Made by a program: the position numbers and the translations under genes
Shown here: piece after piece, positions 25,550 through 37,139 of the stretch
Layout of the letters: each line of letters begins with the position of its first letter
How positions within the stretch are numbered: the first letter of the stretch is position 1
The notes under the pieces: model-generated
The model's database searches: none
Told to the model about the DNA's origin: nothing
The model's input: the letters and a program-made list of their open reading frames with translations, nothing else
Source of the DNA: Macrostomum hystrix
Lineage: Eukaryota > Animalia > Platyhelminthes
DNA: 64,000 bases
Direction: 5' to 3'
NCBI GenBank assembly: GCA_950097015.1
Contig: CATNEN010000002.1
Location: forward strand, 4,898,001-4,962,000

Positions 25550-25822
25550 TTTTAGCCTAGTGGTTAGAGCGTCGGACTAAAGACTTAAAGGTCGGGGGTT
25601 CGATTTCCAACTCCACCGGAACAATTTTATGAACTTTAGCTAGACACTTAATTCTGCATTGCTTCAGTTCACCCAGCTGTGAAATGGACACCAGCATCAG
25701 CTGGGGTAATTGAGGGAGGGTGTGGCGTCCTCCCAGTCCATGGACTGAAAGGCTGTACGCAGCTCTTAGATGCCGCGCAATAGCTTCGGCTGTGCTGTCG
25801 GCTGCACATCTGGCCCAAGTTG
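25550..25822 (+). mobile_element. SINE family B, full length
   Basis: TAGCCTAGTGGTTAGAGCG (A box), GGTTCGATTTCC (B box), then GACACTTAATTCTGCATTGCTTCAGTTCACCCAGCTGTGAAATGG (CORE-like). Confidence 0.85.
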
Positions 25823-26117
25823 ACAGGAGAATGCTATCTATAAACTCTGCAACTCAGCAACCCAGTCTCGTTGCCCTCGGCTCATTGTTAAGTAGTCATG
25901 CTCTCATTCTCTCACAAAAAAACTCCAGCTACACGAGTACACGCTGTGCACTCGCTGTACGCTTAGTGTACTTTAGCTGGTTGGCTGCGACTGCATCAAT
26001 GCCAACATTCTCTTCCCTTCTCTCTATTATAATAACCTGGAGTTGGCTCTGTCCTGCCTTGAACTCATCAAAGTGCTTTCTCTCCACACCTAGCAAAGAT
26101 TACTAGAAAATTTCATC

Positions 26118-27687
26118 ATGTCCGCTGCAGCTTCGCTAGCACGCGCGCACGAACAGACGATAAAGGAGGTGCTAAGCAAGCTGTTGAAGAACCCGCAACA
26201 CGAGGCATTGGCCTGGGACTGGTTCCAACAGAGAAATGTGAGCTCGATTTTCACATTGTAGCTTGGTTAACTACGAGTAGAATGGGTGGATTATATGTCA
26301 GCATCAACATTTAATACAACTAGCCAATCACCTAAAACGCTCATTATATACAATTTATGTACCAACACATGTACAATCGTTAAGCCAAGACTATTTAAAT
26401 GACATTTGGCTAAATGAATCTGAGATACTACTTACTTCTTACTACTGGCGCGGGCAAGGAACGCCACACGAACAGGCCGCGAGGTCCCTGTCGCAACCCC
26501 AAGGTAAAAATAGAGGGCTCAGCCTTAGAGATGCGTCCACCACGCGCCAGGCAGGTTCGCTGGGTCGGTGCGGTTGGCGATCTTCACACGGCCGGTCTGC
26601 CGAATAAAGGCATGGAACTCTCGGATCCTCTCCGGTGTGGTCAACTTGTCGATCTCTTCGGGGGTGAACGAGATTTTTTCTGAGTTCTCTCTCAGGGAAC
26701 GGGCAGATGGTGATGTGGTGTGCCGCAGTTTCCTCACCTAGGCCGCAGAAGGGCCAGATAGGGAAGCACCCGGTTTGGAGTTAAATATGTGTCTCAGGAA
26801 TAAGCCGTGACCATGAGTAATGGCCATGCACATCTCCTTGAGGTCTGCTAAGAGAGTTATCAGGTAATGAGAATCAATAACTAATAATTGCACTACGGCT
26901 GTTGGCAATGGTACAACATTTAGTGACACCAGACCCGCAGCCAGCGAGAAGCTAGTTCTGTCCATTTCGCTGATTCTTGAGCACACCCGCACACTGATAC
27001 TGTACGCAGGCACACTCACACAGGTGTTTACATCTGCCCTGACCTCATCGTCAGGCAGTATGCACTCTCACAGTGCCTTGAAGGTCCTCAATGGCCCTCA
27101 ATGGCGTAAATTGCGCGACAAGCCCCAAGCCTTCTTTCCCCAGCTGCACCCCAAATGAATTTGGCCTCGCCGCGGAATTGAGCTAATAGGGACCTTGGCG
27201 CGAGTAACTAAAAAGGAAGTAGAATTTAGAATAATTTTAGTAGAATTTAGAAACTAAATTTGTACATCAATTTTTTTATTTATCTACCCAATCTCTGCTA
27301 CTTCTTTTTTTCTGCCAAGAAGCACGACTATTTTACCGGGCCTTCCACTATAAAGAATGTTGCTCAGAACATGCCGCCGATACCTCATCGCAGGCTGTAC
27401 ACATTCGCGAATGCCAGCTGGTCGACGATCGCTACGAACAGATGGGCATGGAATACCGCGAGGAGCAAACCAAGTATGACATTCAGGCCTCCTTTGAACG
27501 ACTCGTCACCCTCGCTGCAGATCCCGAGCGTCGACAGATCGTGGCCGAGCTGTGCGAGTGGCTGCGCTACCAGAGCATGCCGCCGAGGGTTCTCCACGAG
27601 TACCCGAGCGAGCTGAAAGGCGCCTGTCAGGCCGCCCATTTCGACAACATTGTCGAACTGGCCGACGCTATCAATGCCTTCTTTTAG
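26118..27687 (+). CDS. Uncharacterised 137-aa helical protein; join(26118..26237,27394..27687)
   Basis: ATG in tcatcATG context, donor AAT|gtgagc, acceptor catcgcag|GCT, phase 0, GC-rich codon usage like its neighbours, AATAAA at ~27717. No family recognised. Confidence 0.7.
26450..26860 (-). mobile_element. Degenerate 3' end of a non-LTR retrotransposon ORF2 (I/R1/Loa-like) in an intron
   Basis: Across frameshifts: ITHGHGLFLRH...(W)PFCGLGEETAAHHITICP (CCHC knuckle)...EEIDKL...FIRQTGR. Confidence 0.6.
26880..27200 (-). mobile_element. SINE family A
   Basis: Shared family A body. Confidence 0.85.
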
Positions 27688-28222
27688 CAACCTGGAGTCT
27701 GATCGCGGCCAAAGATAATAAAATATTGGACGTTTAATTTAATAGAAAAATGCCTCCCTCTAACTTGCCGCCTTTTTACTAAACGACTATAGAGTAGCCA
27801 TTGCGACGCAGAAACACATCGCAGAGCCTTGATATTAATAATTTAAACGGAAAATTACTGAAAAAGATTTTTATTATGTATGGCGTGACTTTTAAAATTG
27901 CAGATTTTAACTAATTCAGACAAAATATTATTGATAGCATGGATGCATGATAAGTACTCGTAATTGATTTAACAGTAATTCACGTTTTTTACTTCGACGT
28001 TTTTTCTTCTGTCAGATGCGGCAACAAAGCCGAGACATTTTTTTATTTGAAAAATAACAGGTGCAAAAGACGTTAAACAAATTTTGACTTGAAAGATGAT
28101 TGACTGACACATTCTGACACCCGATGCATTATATCTGCTTCCGTATTTATCTTGCAAACTTACTCACCTGCAAAAAGCATTCTACGAGCTGACTTGGAGA
28201 AATCTCTAGTAAGCAAGGAAAG

Positions 28223-29214
28223 ATGCAGAGTCTAATTATATTTATTGCTGCGCTCGCTTGCCAGCTGTTCTTGAAGGCTGGGAGCTCTGAAATCAGCAAT
28301 GGGATCAGTTTCAAAATGGGAAGAAACTCGAGCTTAAGCGCTCCGCCATCCTTCAGCCAGGAAGAACTTAATCGTGACATCGGGTCTCACATTCAGTGTG
28401 CCAACCTGTGCGGCTCGAGTGCCGACTGCCTTGGATTCTTCTGCTTGTTCCGTCAGTGCAACTTGCTCAGTGTTAAGGCATTCTACGCGAGCAATTGGAC
28501 CAGCACAGCTGCTTACTGTACAATATACATCCGAGTACCAGGAGGTTTGTAATTTGTCATTTCAGAAAATTCGTTTTAAATCTTTAGCCAGTTCCTAACC
28601 TTTTTGAAAACTACAACTAGATTCATTGGTTCGTTCGTTCGTTCGTTCGGTTGTTCGTTCGTTCGGTCATTCGTTCGGTAGTTCGTTTGTTCGTTCGTTC
28701 GTTCGTTCGTTCGTTCGTTCGTTCGTTCGTTCGTTCGTTCGTTCGTTTGCTCGTTTATTCTTTCGTTCGATTTCATCCTGGTAATCTCATTCCATCGCCC
28801 CATCGTTTATCACGCAGTACTTGAATGACTTCCATTCAGCTCTTGCAATCAGAGCTCTTTATATAACAACCTTGGTTGCACAAAAGCGATGGACAGGAAC
28901 AAGGATCAGGATTTAACCATGCAGAGGCTCTTCCTGCTGCCACACAAACTCTGGTACGAACGAATGGTGGCAGGGTCACATCTTCGGCCGCACTTATTTC
29001 ATTTCTAACGATCTACAATAGGCAGGACTGTTGCCTGGAAAGACTAGGTAAATTTGACATTTTACTGGACGGATTACAGTGCAGTCAGTATAATAACACC
29101 AAAACAATGTTCCTAGTCACCAACTTGACATGCTCTGGCTACGGGAGTGAGATCAGAATTGTAAATCGGCTACTCGATATTCAAAAGGGATTCGTATTTC
29201 CATCAGTTTTCTGA
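28223..29214 (+). pseudogene. PAN-like + F-type lectin gene, disrupted (exon 1 28223..28544 intact; exon 2 from ~28820)
   Basis: Signal peptide, QCANLCGSSADCLGFF..CNL...SNWTS. Exon 2 has an in-frame TGA before LPFSSCNQSS, frameshifts around HTNSGTNEWWQG and RQDCCLERL, and a truncated C-terminus. Sequencing indels cannot be excluded. Confidence 0.75.
28625..28770 (+). repeat. (TTCG)n microsatellite in intron
   Basis: Directly visible. Confidence 0.95.
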
Positions 29215-31089
29215 GCCCCACTCTAGCCAGTAATGAACAGAATTTACGAGCTTAAATACTGCTAAACATTATTTGACTTAGTCGGTTGAAATCTTCGTCG
29301 AAATAGAGAGGCTATTCGACAATTCCCGCCAAAGCCTGGTGGAATTTCATAGCGGCGGAAATACCACAGAACCAGGCAAAGCTCTCTTGTTTCGCTTTCT
29401 TTGAGGTTGAGACACTGGCTTAGGACTCAGTTGGGATCTGGCGCGTTGTTCGCCCGTCTCACCTTAACTGTCACCTGCCTCGTACGCGTGCCAGAGACAT
29501 TCGGGAACTATATTGAACAGTGTGGTACGCGAGACCCTATGCACGGTGTCTATTACAGTTGACCCTCTTCCGTTAATCCTGCTCACAGTTGCAAGTCTCA
29601 TTGTTTGGTAAAAATACAATAATCTATAGTGGGACAATTAATTAACAGTAGCTCGTATAGTACTACTAAGCCATTTTGCCGCCCGTTTTTATACCAAGGG
29701 ACAACTCCCCCCGACTATTATTTTTGCTCCACCCGAACGGAGCAAGGCAAGCACATACGTTTTCCCACTTTAAAATGTCTTTAAAATTTCCAATCGAATT
29801 AAAATAAAAATGCGCCAATTCAATGAGATCTGGACGTCTGGATAGGCGAACACTTATTACAACCGCTGTTACTGCTAGCCCGCATTTTGCCACCTTTCCC
29901 ACCTGCGCTGATTAATTTCTATAAAACCATTAGATTACCCGTAAACTTTTGCAGTAGAACTACCCCGGGGGGGGGTTTCCCCAAGGGGGACTTGCTGCGC
30001 ACAGATTTCTATGGTAAGCAGCGCATACCAAGCAGGCAGCAAGTGAGACTGCTTTACTGGCTAAAGGCAGTAGTGCTGCTCATTTCCTTCCCGTCTAGTG
30101 CATCAGTTTAAGCCATGCTTGATTAGTAAGCCTAGCCGGCAGGACTGGGAGTGACATGCTATGCCAGAAAATATCTATGGTAAGCACTGCTTACCAAGCA
30201 GTCGGAAACAGACAAATGATGGATTCTGGTTAGGCAGGAAGAGGTTAATATTACTATGTTTGTTTCATTGCGCAAAACATTATTTAATATTCAGTATTTA
30301 TTATAAACATGAATCTGAAAACCACAAAAAATGGACGAGAATTCCGAAGGGAGTAACGTTACTGTACGAACGTAGTATTAACCGCTAACTTAGAAGTTGG
30401 CTTATAATCAACCCCACTACGGCGTGAGAGTTTAACATATCCCCACAGGGAGAATAAATACAGTAATTAGATATTACAGTGTCCAATAATCCTCAGACGA
30501 TTAATAACAAATAGGATAAGAAAAGTCACAACAACTTTGGCTTTGGTGGCACTAAAATCATAATCACACGAAAGGAGAGAAACTAGAACCGCAACAACTT
30601 TGGTGACAATAGTGAGATAAAATACTTTACTGAGAAGCAAAGGAGAAGACCCACAACAATAATCATGTTTGTTAATCATAATAATAAAATTGTTAGCCTT
30701 GTAACCAGCTGTTTGCAATCCAATGTCCGGAGCGTTTCCCTCGCATCCAGTGATATCACATAGAGCTTTCCTGTTGTTTTGCTGCCATCCAGATCTTGAG
30801 ATGGGATCCGAATTGTCAGCCAGATTAGCCTGTGGAAACAGGTTGTGCGGCTTCGATTTTATGTGCGAGCCGCGCAAGTCACCGAAGTACGTACACCGGA
30901 TGCCACGTGTACGTTATACCACGGATGGTGTCCGTGGAATTGGCCGTGGCTGTGGCTGCCCACATAGACTAGGCGATGGTGTCCTGTGGATAAGCTGCGC
31001 CTAATACTTTGGCTTGAGCAGTAAAGTTAGAGAAATTCGCCTCCGGGTATCTATATATAGTGGCCTATTTCATTCCACCTGTTGTAGCC

Positions 31090-31260
31090 CTTGAAGGTCC
31101 AGCAAATCCGTCTAGATAGAGGTAGGTGACCACCAAAGATGGAGATGATGCAGACACATTCGGGTGACATGCTGATAAATTTTGAAGGCCTGGGAAGGCC
31201 ACACTGAGGCGTAGTGCTAATTTGTGTATAGGGGTGTATGAAATACACTAGCACCGTTCT
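31090..31260 (+). repeat. Dispersed repeat, second copy at ~48600-48740
   Basis: Shared ccgtctaga...ggagatgatgcag.cacattcgggtgac.tgctgataaa.ttt...gaaatacactagc. Confidence 0.7.
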
Positions 31261-31413
31261 GGTGCAGCACAAATAACTCCCCTATACAGTAGGACAAGCT
31301 TTCTTACAATAATATTCTGACCATCTTGTTTGTTAGTATTTTCTCACTAAATTTCTCAGTATGAGCATACTCACTGAAAACCTGCAGTACATGGCTTCTC
31401 TGGGATCGAATAC

Positions 31414-31713
31414 ATGACCTCAGACAGTGAAGTGAGCCTCGACTCCTACTTAACAATAGACGAGGAGCCTGGTGAGGAGGTTGGTATCGAAGACGCACTG
31501 AATGGCAATCCTCCAATCATGGAAGAGCCTGAAGGTGAGGAAGGACAGGAGTTCGCAGATGGCGAAGCGGCTGAAGTTGAGAATGTTTGGCGACTTGTCG
31601 AGCCTGGGTCCGATGAAGGGACAGAAAGTTTTGAATTTACCGGAACTGCTGGCCTAAATCCTAACGTTTTAATTCCTGACAATGATATTGGCACGAATTT
31701 AAACTTAGCATGA
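31414..31713 (+). mobile_element. Possible piggyBac-like transposase N-terminal fragment
   Basis: Acidic N-terminus followed by W...FEFTGTAGLNP, resembling the F.G.PG motif. No catalytic core follows. Confidence 0.35.
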
Positions 31714-32488
31714 TAGTTAGTGATATTTCGCGGACTAAAACGACTTGCGCTCCATTTGAGTACAGCATAATTACTTTGTGATTTTTGATATATTTACATT
31801 AGCTTAAACAAAGCTAATGTAAATGGCCTGCCTTGTTATGTATTTCAATTAAAACAGGATATATGAATTCAGTTTATTTTATGCATATTCGCATTACATT
31901 GCACTATACATTTACATTCGCATTAGATTGCACGGAAATTTCTCCAGTAGAATTCCCTCCATCTTAGAATATTTTAATACCTCTACTAATGGAATCTGTC
32001 CTTTCCCGTCGCCGACCATGGCGTCTGCAGGACCAGCGCGTTGGGCTGCCGTTGGGGAAGGCACTCAGCCATGTTGCCAGGATGCTAGGTCCAGATGTTG
32101 TCAATGATGACACTAAATAATGCTTCTCCCGGCGAGTGCCCTGCTCCTTGGGCTTCTGCGAGATCTGCTCTAAGGCGCCGGTGGTGTCCTGGCAGGAACT
32201 TTAGGGTCGAGAGGGATTGCCGATCATTAATGTATAACTAATAACTCGTAGTCATGTAGAATGAGTATAGTTTGAATGAGGTTGGATGGGGATGTGGGAT
32301 CATCCGCGCCGAGTCCTACAGTCCACAGACAGCTAACAGCTGAGGTGCTTAATCTTCTTCTGGTTCAGCGCTGGTCAATTGCGGCACGACGTCGCCGAGA
32401 TAGACGGGGCCAACGCTCCATGCTCCAGAGGAGCGAGAGTGCCCGGCCTGGCTCGGTGAGCCGTGCTCGACGTCTGCGCTGACCACGC

Positions 32489-33644
32489 GCAAGTGTCACT
32501 TGCTTCGTCTTCTTCCGGCTGCTCAACCAGTGCCACCTGTTCAGCGTTCATGCGAACTTCTGGAGCAACTGGACCAGCACAGAAACTCAGTGCACTGTGT
32601 ACATTCGAAGCCTTGCAGGTGTGAAATACTACATGTATGATTTCAACTTCGTCAATTATTATTTCTTGTACGTCCTGTTCAACATACGGTAACACAAAAT
32701 GCATCCAACAATCAGCATTGATCGACATCCAACAGTCCCTCAGAGACTTTTAATCGGCAGTTGCAATAACACGGGGTACTTTAAATACCCGTTGCCCGCT
32801 GCCTACTTCCTAATAGCTCCCGAACCGATTGACCGATTTTCGTCAAAGTCCACAATGTGGATCGTTGAAAATCTCGACGACGCCGATACTGTGATTCAGA
32901 TTTTTTCATCGAATAGAGCGATAAAAACCGACCCGTTTTCTTGATTGCTATATGGCGGTTGGTTAAATATTTTAGGAGATACAGAAAAAAAGAAACATGT
33001 GGATATGATATTCTACCCTCCCGTCTTTCTACTGTTAATGCTGTGATTCGTGATTTCAGGCAAACGACAAGCAGACGCTAACAGTTCCAAGAGACGTCTT
33101 TCAGCACGTCTCTTTAAAAAATGAAAAAGTTAACTAAACTTTCAAGAGGTTTATTGATGGCTAACATACTCAAAGTCTGCTCAGAATTGTTTACTTTGAA
33201 GTATGCGTCAAACGGCTCTTGACCCATCGCTAATTTATTTTTGCAGTTCCTCACAGACTCTCTATCGCCAGCTGCAAGCAGAGCTCGACGTTTTCTGATC
33301 ATGTTTGCGCGAGAGCAATCGACGGACACCGAAACCAAGAATTCAGTAAAGGCTCCTGCAGCCACACGGACAGCCAGGCCAACCCGTGGTGGGAGGGCAA
33401 ACTGTCCGCGGCCGCAGTCATCTCCTACGTCACCATCTACAACAGGCAAGACTGCTGCCAGGAGAGACTGGGAAACTTCAGCATGCAGCTGGACGGAGCT
33501 CAGTGCAACCAACACAACACCGGCGAATTCAGCGTGATCAACCTGACTTGCCACGGCTACGGAAGCAGGCTGCGGGTTTTTCTTCGACTCGTTGACTCGC
33601 TTCAGATCTGCGAGTTTGAGGTCTATAGCTTCAGCTTTCCTTAG
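32489..33644 (+). pseudogene. 5'-truncated PAN-like + F-type lectin gene: half PAN exon 32489..32618, aborted lectin exon ~32737-32770, intact lectin exon 33247..33644
   Basis: VTCFVFFRLLNQCHLFSV..FWSNWTSTETQCTVYIR with phase-1 donor. The last exon is fully open (VPHRLSIASCKQSS...CSHTDSQANPWWEG...RQDCCQERL...ICEFEVY..FP*) with a canonical H-X26-R-X-D-X4-R motif. No in-frame start found (TGA at 32480). Confidence 0.75.
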
Positions 33645-33682
33645 ACCATTGTTTCGATTGCGAACGATGAGTCACATTCATA

Positions 33683-33927
33683 TGGCGCGTAGCCGCGGAG
33701 ACAAGGCTTGGGGGCTTGTCTTGCAATTCATATACTGGAGGGCCAATCTCCAAGGCACTGTGAGACTGTACACTGCATGATGATGAGAAAGTTAGGGCAG
33801 ATGTACACACTTATGGGACTGTGTGCTCAAGTGTCAGCGAAATGGGCAGAATAGCCTCCTCGCTGGCTGCGGTTCTAGTGTCACCAAATAATGTGCCATT
33901 GCCCGCAGCCCTCCTGCAACTATTATT
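33683..33927 (+). mobile_element. SINE family A, plus orientation
   Basis: Reverse complement of the 18.2 kb copy, ending ...gcagccctcc..tattatt. Confidence 0.8.
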
Positions 33928-34584
33928 CTTTTTAAAATAGCTATTCTAAATCAGAGTGTTAACCTGATCAACACACAGTGCAGAACAATTAGCGTTTGAC
34001 AGGGTTCAACCGATGCAGGCTTCAAGTGAAGTTTCTGCAGATCAATTTTTCTCTGGTAAATGAGGAAAATGTGCGAAACACAGCCATTTATTCAGCATAC
34101 CAGTGCAAACATTTGTGCACTTTTGTCGGTCTGAAACAATTGTGAGCAGCAGTGCAAGCCGAATCGCCTTTAGACCGAGGCGATGATAGCATAGTTGACG
34201 TTTAATATAAAGCTTCGGTCCAAGTGACAAGCTCTAATAGATCTCTTGCCGTTACGAAATTATCTCATGCAGCTACACACCAAGAGGGAATTTTTCAATT
34301 AAGCTCATTGCCATAATAGATGCACCTCCATGAGGAGAGGAAGAGCCTGAATTATTTCATAGTTATCCTTCACTTCCAATTAAAACCGCAAAATGCGCCC
34401 AGTTGTAAGGAAAATAACGTTTTTGACATAGTCGCCAACACTGCCCACTAGGTCTACATAGAATGAGTTTTTTAGGCCTGTCATTGTCTGCTTCCTACTA
34501 CCCATCTCAATATATCTGCTCAACTTGGACTCAAATTATTGCCCTCCTAAGCGGGACAACTTTATTGCTCAGAGATTTGCTACA

Positions 34585-35401
34585 ATGTTGCCGCTACTCT
34601 TCTCGCAAGTTGTAACGGTTCTGAGTGTCCTCAGAGGTGCCGCCTCAATCAACAATGGCTTCATCATCGGCCGGAACGCCAGCTTCCAAGCTCCATTGGT
34701 GACTCAGGAATCGATGGGCGCCAGCTCTGAGCGGCTCTGTGCTTATCTGTGCGGCTTCAACTCGACCTGCTACGGATTCTTCTGGCTGCTGAGCCACTGC
34801 CACCTGATCAGTGCTCAGGCCTACTACTCAAGCAACTGGACCAGCAGGACTGCGATGTGCACCATCTTCATCCGACCACCTAATGGTGAATGAATTGAAT
34901 TGTTAATTTAGATCACAACGTAGAAATTGATGTGAGTTTTCAAATCGAACTTATGACGCACTCATGTCACGTCACTCTCCCACAGAGAATCAGAAGCTTC
35001 CATTTGCCAGCTGTGCCCAGAGTTCCACCTTCTATGGAAGCGACCTTTGCGAAAAAGCGATGGACGGAAACAGAGACCAAATTTTCAGTCATGGTTCCTG
35101 CAGCCACACTAGCGAAACCCCCCTAAACAACGAATGGTGGGAGGGCCAGCTGTCTGCCGCTGCGGTCATCTCCTACGTCACCCTCTACAACAGACAAGAC
35201 TGCTGCCCTTGGAGACTTGGTGACTTCGTTCTGCTGCTGGACGAATTACGATGCAATGAGTACAACAACACCGTTTCTACATACCTTGTCGGAAACTTCA
35301 CCTGCACTGGCTTTGGGAGCAGGATTAAAGTCTTCAGCCGACTGCCCACCACTTCAATTGTATTGTGCGAGATGGAGGCTTACGGATATTCATTTCCTTG
35401 A
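34585..35401 (+). CDS. Secreted PAN-like + F-type lectin (FTP/F5-8C fold), copy C; join(34585..34885,34986..35401)
   Basis: Hydrophobic leader MLPLLFSQVVTVLSVLRGAAS, CAYLCGFNSTCYGFF..CHL PAN-like Cys pattern, phase-1 intron, QSS...AMDGN...CSHT...WWEG...RQDCC.WR...LCEMEAY. Confidence 0.88.
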
Positions 35402-36068
35402 TTGCGGCTCGAGCTTCAACAGGGAAGTCGTCGTGAAAGTGAAGTTTTTTGTGTCAAATTTCGGAGCACTTTCTTCTTTTACAGTCAAATTTACAGTTCC
35501 ACTAACTATTGTTAACGAAGTGATGATTTCTGCACAGTTTTTCTCTAACCAATTTAAACGTACTTTAATTTACTATACATTTTGTGTTTTTATCCCGCAG
35601 CAAAACTAAAAATCGGTTGTTGTTTGTTTTTTCTAGAGCTAACTTTATGAATTTTTATAAAATAAGAAAAATACAGTGACACTGTTTTCGGAAGGAAAAC
35701 ATAAAGCCGGCTTCAACAGTCGAACTACCTAAAGGGGAAATCCCCTGTAACAAATATTTTTTTTGCGCACTCTAAAAATTTGCTGATTTTTTGCAAATAT
35801 GACAATAGTAGCAATTGAAAGGTTAAAAATAAACTTTGAATGGATCGAAGTGAAACATCTTGGTAATGCATAATCGGTAGGAAAATGGTATGCGAAAGAA
35901 AGGAGCTCGGTGCGCATATTTTTGCCATACTGTGATATTATTAGGCATATAAAAACACGTTTCTTTACTCTTTCTAGAGCTGCAGTCTCGGAATCTCTGT
36001 TAAGTTTTCTGCTGTGAGACTTGAAAGGAAAATAACGTTATTGCCACAGCCCACTAGTTCTGCATAGA

Positions 36069-37063
36069 ATGAATTTTTTGGAGGCCTGTCATATTGTCTG
36101 CTTCCAACTGCCCATCTCAATATATCAGCTCAGCTTCATTCCATTGGAGTCAAATTATTTCCTTTCTAAGCGGGACAACTTTTTTGCTCAGATATATTCA
36201 ACAGAATATATCTCTTCTCGCTCTTCTCGCAGGTTAGCGCGGGTGTGGCGCAGTGGGGCGGGGAGGACGCAGCACGCGCACAAAGGGGGCAGAGGGACGA
36301 GACGCGGGGGTGGCGCAGTGGGGCGGGGAGGACGCAGCACGCGCACAAAGGGGGCAGAGGGACGAGACGCGGGGGTGGCGCAGAGTGGCGGAGAGACGGA
36401 AGCCGTCGTGAAAGTTATAATGACATCAAACTGAAGTCTTTTGTATTAAATTTCGGAACACTTTCTCCTTTTACAGTAAACTTTACAGTTTGCACTGACT
36501 ACTTCGTATTGCTGACGAAGTGATGATAATGTAGGCAGTTATTCTCTAACCACTGTACACATACTTTAATTTACTACTAGTCTAGTGTCTTTATCCTGCA
36601 GCTAAACTAAAAGTCGGTAATCATTTGTTTCTAAGCAAACTTTCTATTATTTTTAACTAAAGTCCCGTTCAATCCTGTTGTAATGGTTCACTGTCAGTGG
36701 AAGTGTTGCATTTAGAAGGACTCAAAAATGATTAGTCCACATACGGTAACACAAAATGCATCAAAACGATCAGCATTGAGCCTCACGGACAGCCAGGCCA
36801 ACACGTGGTGGGAGGGCCAACTGTCCGCGGACGCAGTCATCTCCTACGTCACCATCTACAACAGGCAAGACAGCCGCCCGGAGAGACTGGGAAACTTCAT
36901 CCTGCAGCTGAATGGACTTCAGTGCAACAAATACAACACCCGCAAATTCAGCGTGATCAACCTGACCTTCGCTGGCCACGGAAGCAGGCTGCGGGTTTTT
37001 AGTCGACTCGTTGACTCGCTTCAGATCTGCGAGTTTGAGGTCTATGGCTTCAGCTTTCCTTAG
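36069..37063 (+). pseudogene. Two decayed lectin paralogs: promoter/leader fused to a GC-rich repeat and a 3' UTR, then a 5'-deleted lectin exon (36780-37063)
   Basis: Promoter block matches 34435-34580. 36740-36780 matches intron 32683-32722 and is joined to sequence matching 33360 onward. RQDSRPER replaces RQDCC.ER. Confidence 0.75.
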
Positions 37064-37139
37064 AGCATTGTTTTGGATGCGAACGATGAGTCGCTCCTCA
37101 TTTGGCTTGAGTTGTTTAGGCCGTTAAGTCGTTCATTTC

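Noticed and set aside
25550-25630. tRNA-like sequences with A and B boxes (also 14940-15000, 19520-19570, 51980-52030, 61735-61795)
   Set aside because: No complete cloverleaf. They continue into shared SINE bodies, so they are SINE heads rather than tRNA genes.
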